Shown here: positions 63,109-64,000 of the stretch, piece by piece
Layout: every line of letters begins with the position of its first letter
Position numbering within the stretch: the first letter of the stretch is position 1
IMG/VR virus record: IMGVR_UViG_3300028920_000043
Coordinates: 1 to 64,000 of that record
Reading direction: 5' to 3' (one strand)
Source of the DNA: a virus
DNA: 64,000 bases
The notes under the pieces: model-generated
Seen by the model: the letters and a program-made list of their open reading frames with translations, nothing else
The model's database searches: none
What the model was told of the DNA's origin: nothing
Position numbers and translations under genes: made by a program

Positions 63109-64000
63109 TCAAAAAATATCACCGCACTCCGCAAAAAAGCTTTCCATATCTTTCATCAGGTTCAGAAACTTTATGTTGTAATATTTTGGATTGAGAAGAT
63201 CAGAACGATCTGGAAACTCACTCATCAACTGTTTCCACAATGTCTGTACCGTTTCAATCACTCCCGTCTTTGGCGCATCGAATCCAATTAACTGTTTAAG
63301 CCTCTCTCCTGATATACTGTAACTTCTGACTTCCCTGCTGTCGTAGTCCGGAATCACTTCTATAGGAATATCCGGCTCTACTGTATGTATGCAATGCCGA
63401 ACATAATTTCCAAGCTCAGAAATACGGTAGTTCTTATGCATTACATTTACTGTCTGATACTTTATATTATCTATCGGCATTTCCAGTAGCTTTGTCCAAA
63501 CTTTCGCCACGTCTACAACGTTCACCAATGGACGCCAACACTCCCCTCCGGCTACCAACAAAATCCGACCAAGAAGTAATGCGTCCTTGACCATCGTATT
63601 CACCACCAGATCAAACCGCGGCCGGATAGATGCACCCATCACTGTCGCTTGCCGAAGCAATGTAGGTTTGAGTGTTCCGTGCTCCGCGATCTTTAACATT
63701 CCGCATTCCGCATTGTACTTTGCTTCCGCGTAGAATGATTTAGGATCTACAGGACTTTCTTCCGTGAGAATATTCGTATCCTGGAATCCATACACTGCGG
63801 CAGAAGACGCAAAGATGAAACGCTCAATTCCAGCCTTCGCGCACTCCTCCGCGAACTTCACAGCACCAACATTGTTTATGGCATCGTTGGCCTCCGGATT
63901 AAAATTCGCCATTGGATCGTTTGACAATCCAGCAAGATGGCAAACGGCATCAAAGCCTTTCAAATCCTCAGCGGTGAATGATCTGAAATCCTTTCGGATG
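63109..64000 (-). CDS. NAD-dependent epimerase/dehydratase (5'-truncated by the window edge)
   Basis: HLAGLSNDP, FASSAAVYG, YAEAK, RFDLVVN. Confidence 0.88.
   Translation of the reverse strand, partial: IRKDFRSFTAEDLKGFDAVCHLAGLSNDPMANFNPEANDAINNVGAVKFAEECAKAGIERFIFASSAAVYGFQDTNILTEESPVDPKSFYAEAKYNAECGMLKIAEHGTLKPTLLRQATVMGASIRPRFDLVVNTMVKDALLLGRILLVAGGECWRPLVNVVDVAKVWTKLLEMPIDNIKYQTVNVMHKNYRISELGNYVRHCIHTVEPDIPIEVIPDYDSREVRSYSISGERLKQLIGFDAPKTGVIETVQTLWKQLMSEFPDRSDLLNPKYYNIKFLNLMKDMESFFAECGDIF

Noticed and set aside
1-64000. tRNA genes, integrase/transposase, introns or inteins, alternative genetic code, archaeal host
   Set aside because: No cloverleaf or such ORFs recognised by eye; polymerase, helicase and RecA are uninterrupted and of normal size; the standard code gives dense coding; RecA, DnaB and sigma70-type promoters indicate a bacterial host despite RFC/PCNA

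Overview
A 64-kb segment of a large tailed dsDNA bacteriophage, probably siphovirus-like (tape measure and tail tube, no sheath seen). Essentially all credible genes are on the minus strand. Bacterial RecA, sigma70-type promoters and strong AGGAGG ribosome-binding sites indicate a bacterial host. In transcription order (right to left): (i) head-tail joining, tail and fibre genes interleaved with an NDP-sugar epimerase, glycosyltransferases and two sulfotransferases; (ii) an SNF2 helicase, a 5'-3' exonuclease and a 7-deazaguanine DNA-modification operon (queD, queE, PRTase-folE fusion, an unexpected class-V PLP enzyme, queC, dpdA-like); (iii) a PCNA-like clamp, RFC-type loader, UDG-PolA fusion, DnaB and a primase Zn-finger; (iv) a promoter, a ~540-nt structured non-coding region and a complete type II hammerhead ribozyme ahead of small early-type genes and a MoxR/VWA pair; (v) a sigma-like ORF, a ParB with a histone-H1-like/acidic extension, an SSB-like protein, RuvC, RecA, a split Rad50/Mre11, an Hc1-like protein and more glyco-enzymes. 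Eight copies of a parS-like palindrome (CTTTCA-N4-TGAAAG) lie at gene boundaries. The best candidates for new biology are the large ncRNA plus hammerhead, the ParB plus parS-like repeats with charged disordered tails, and the PLP enzyme in the deazaguanine operon. All protein calls are by-eye motif recognition; no searches were run. Several starts were moved to the ATG following an obvious RBS.
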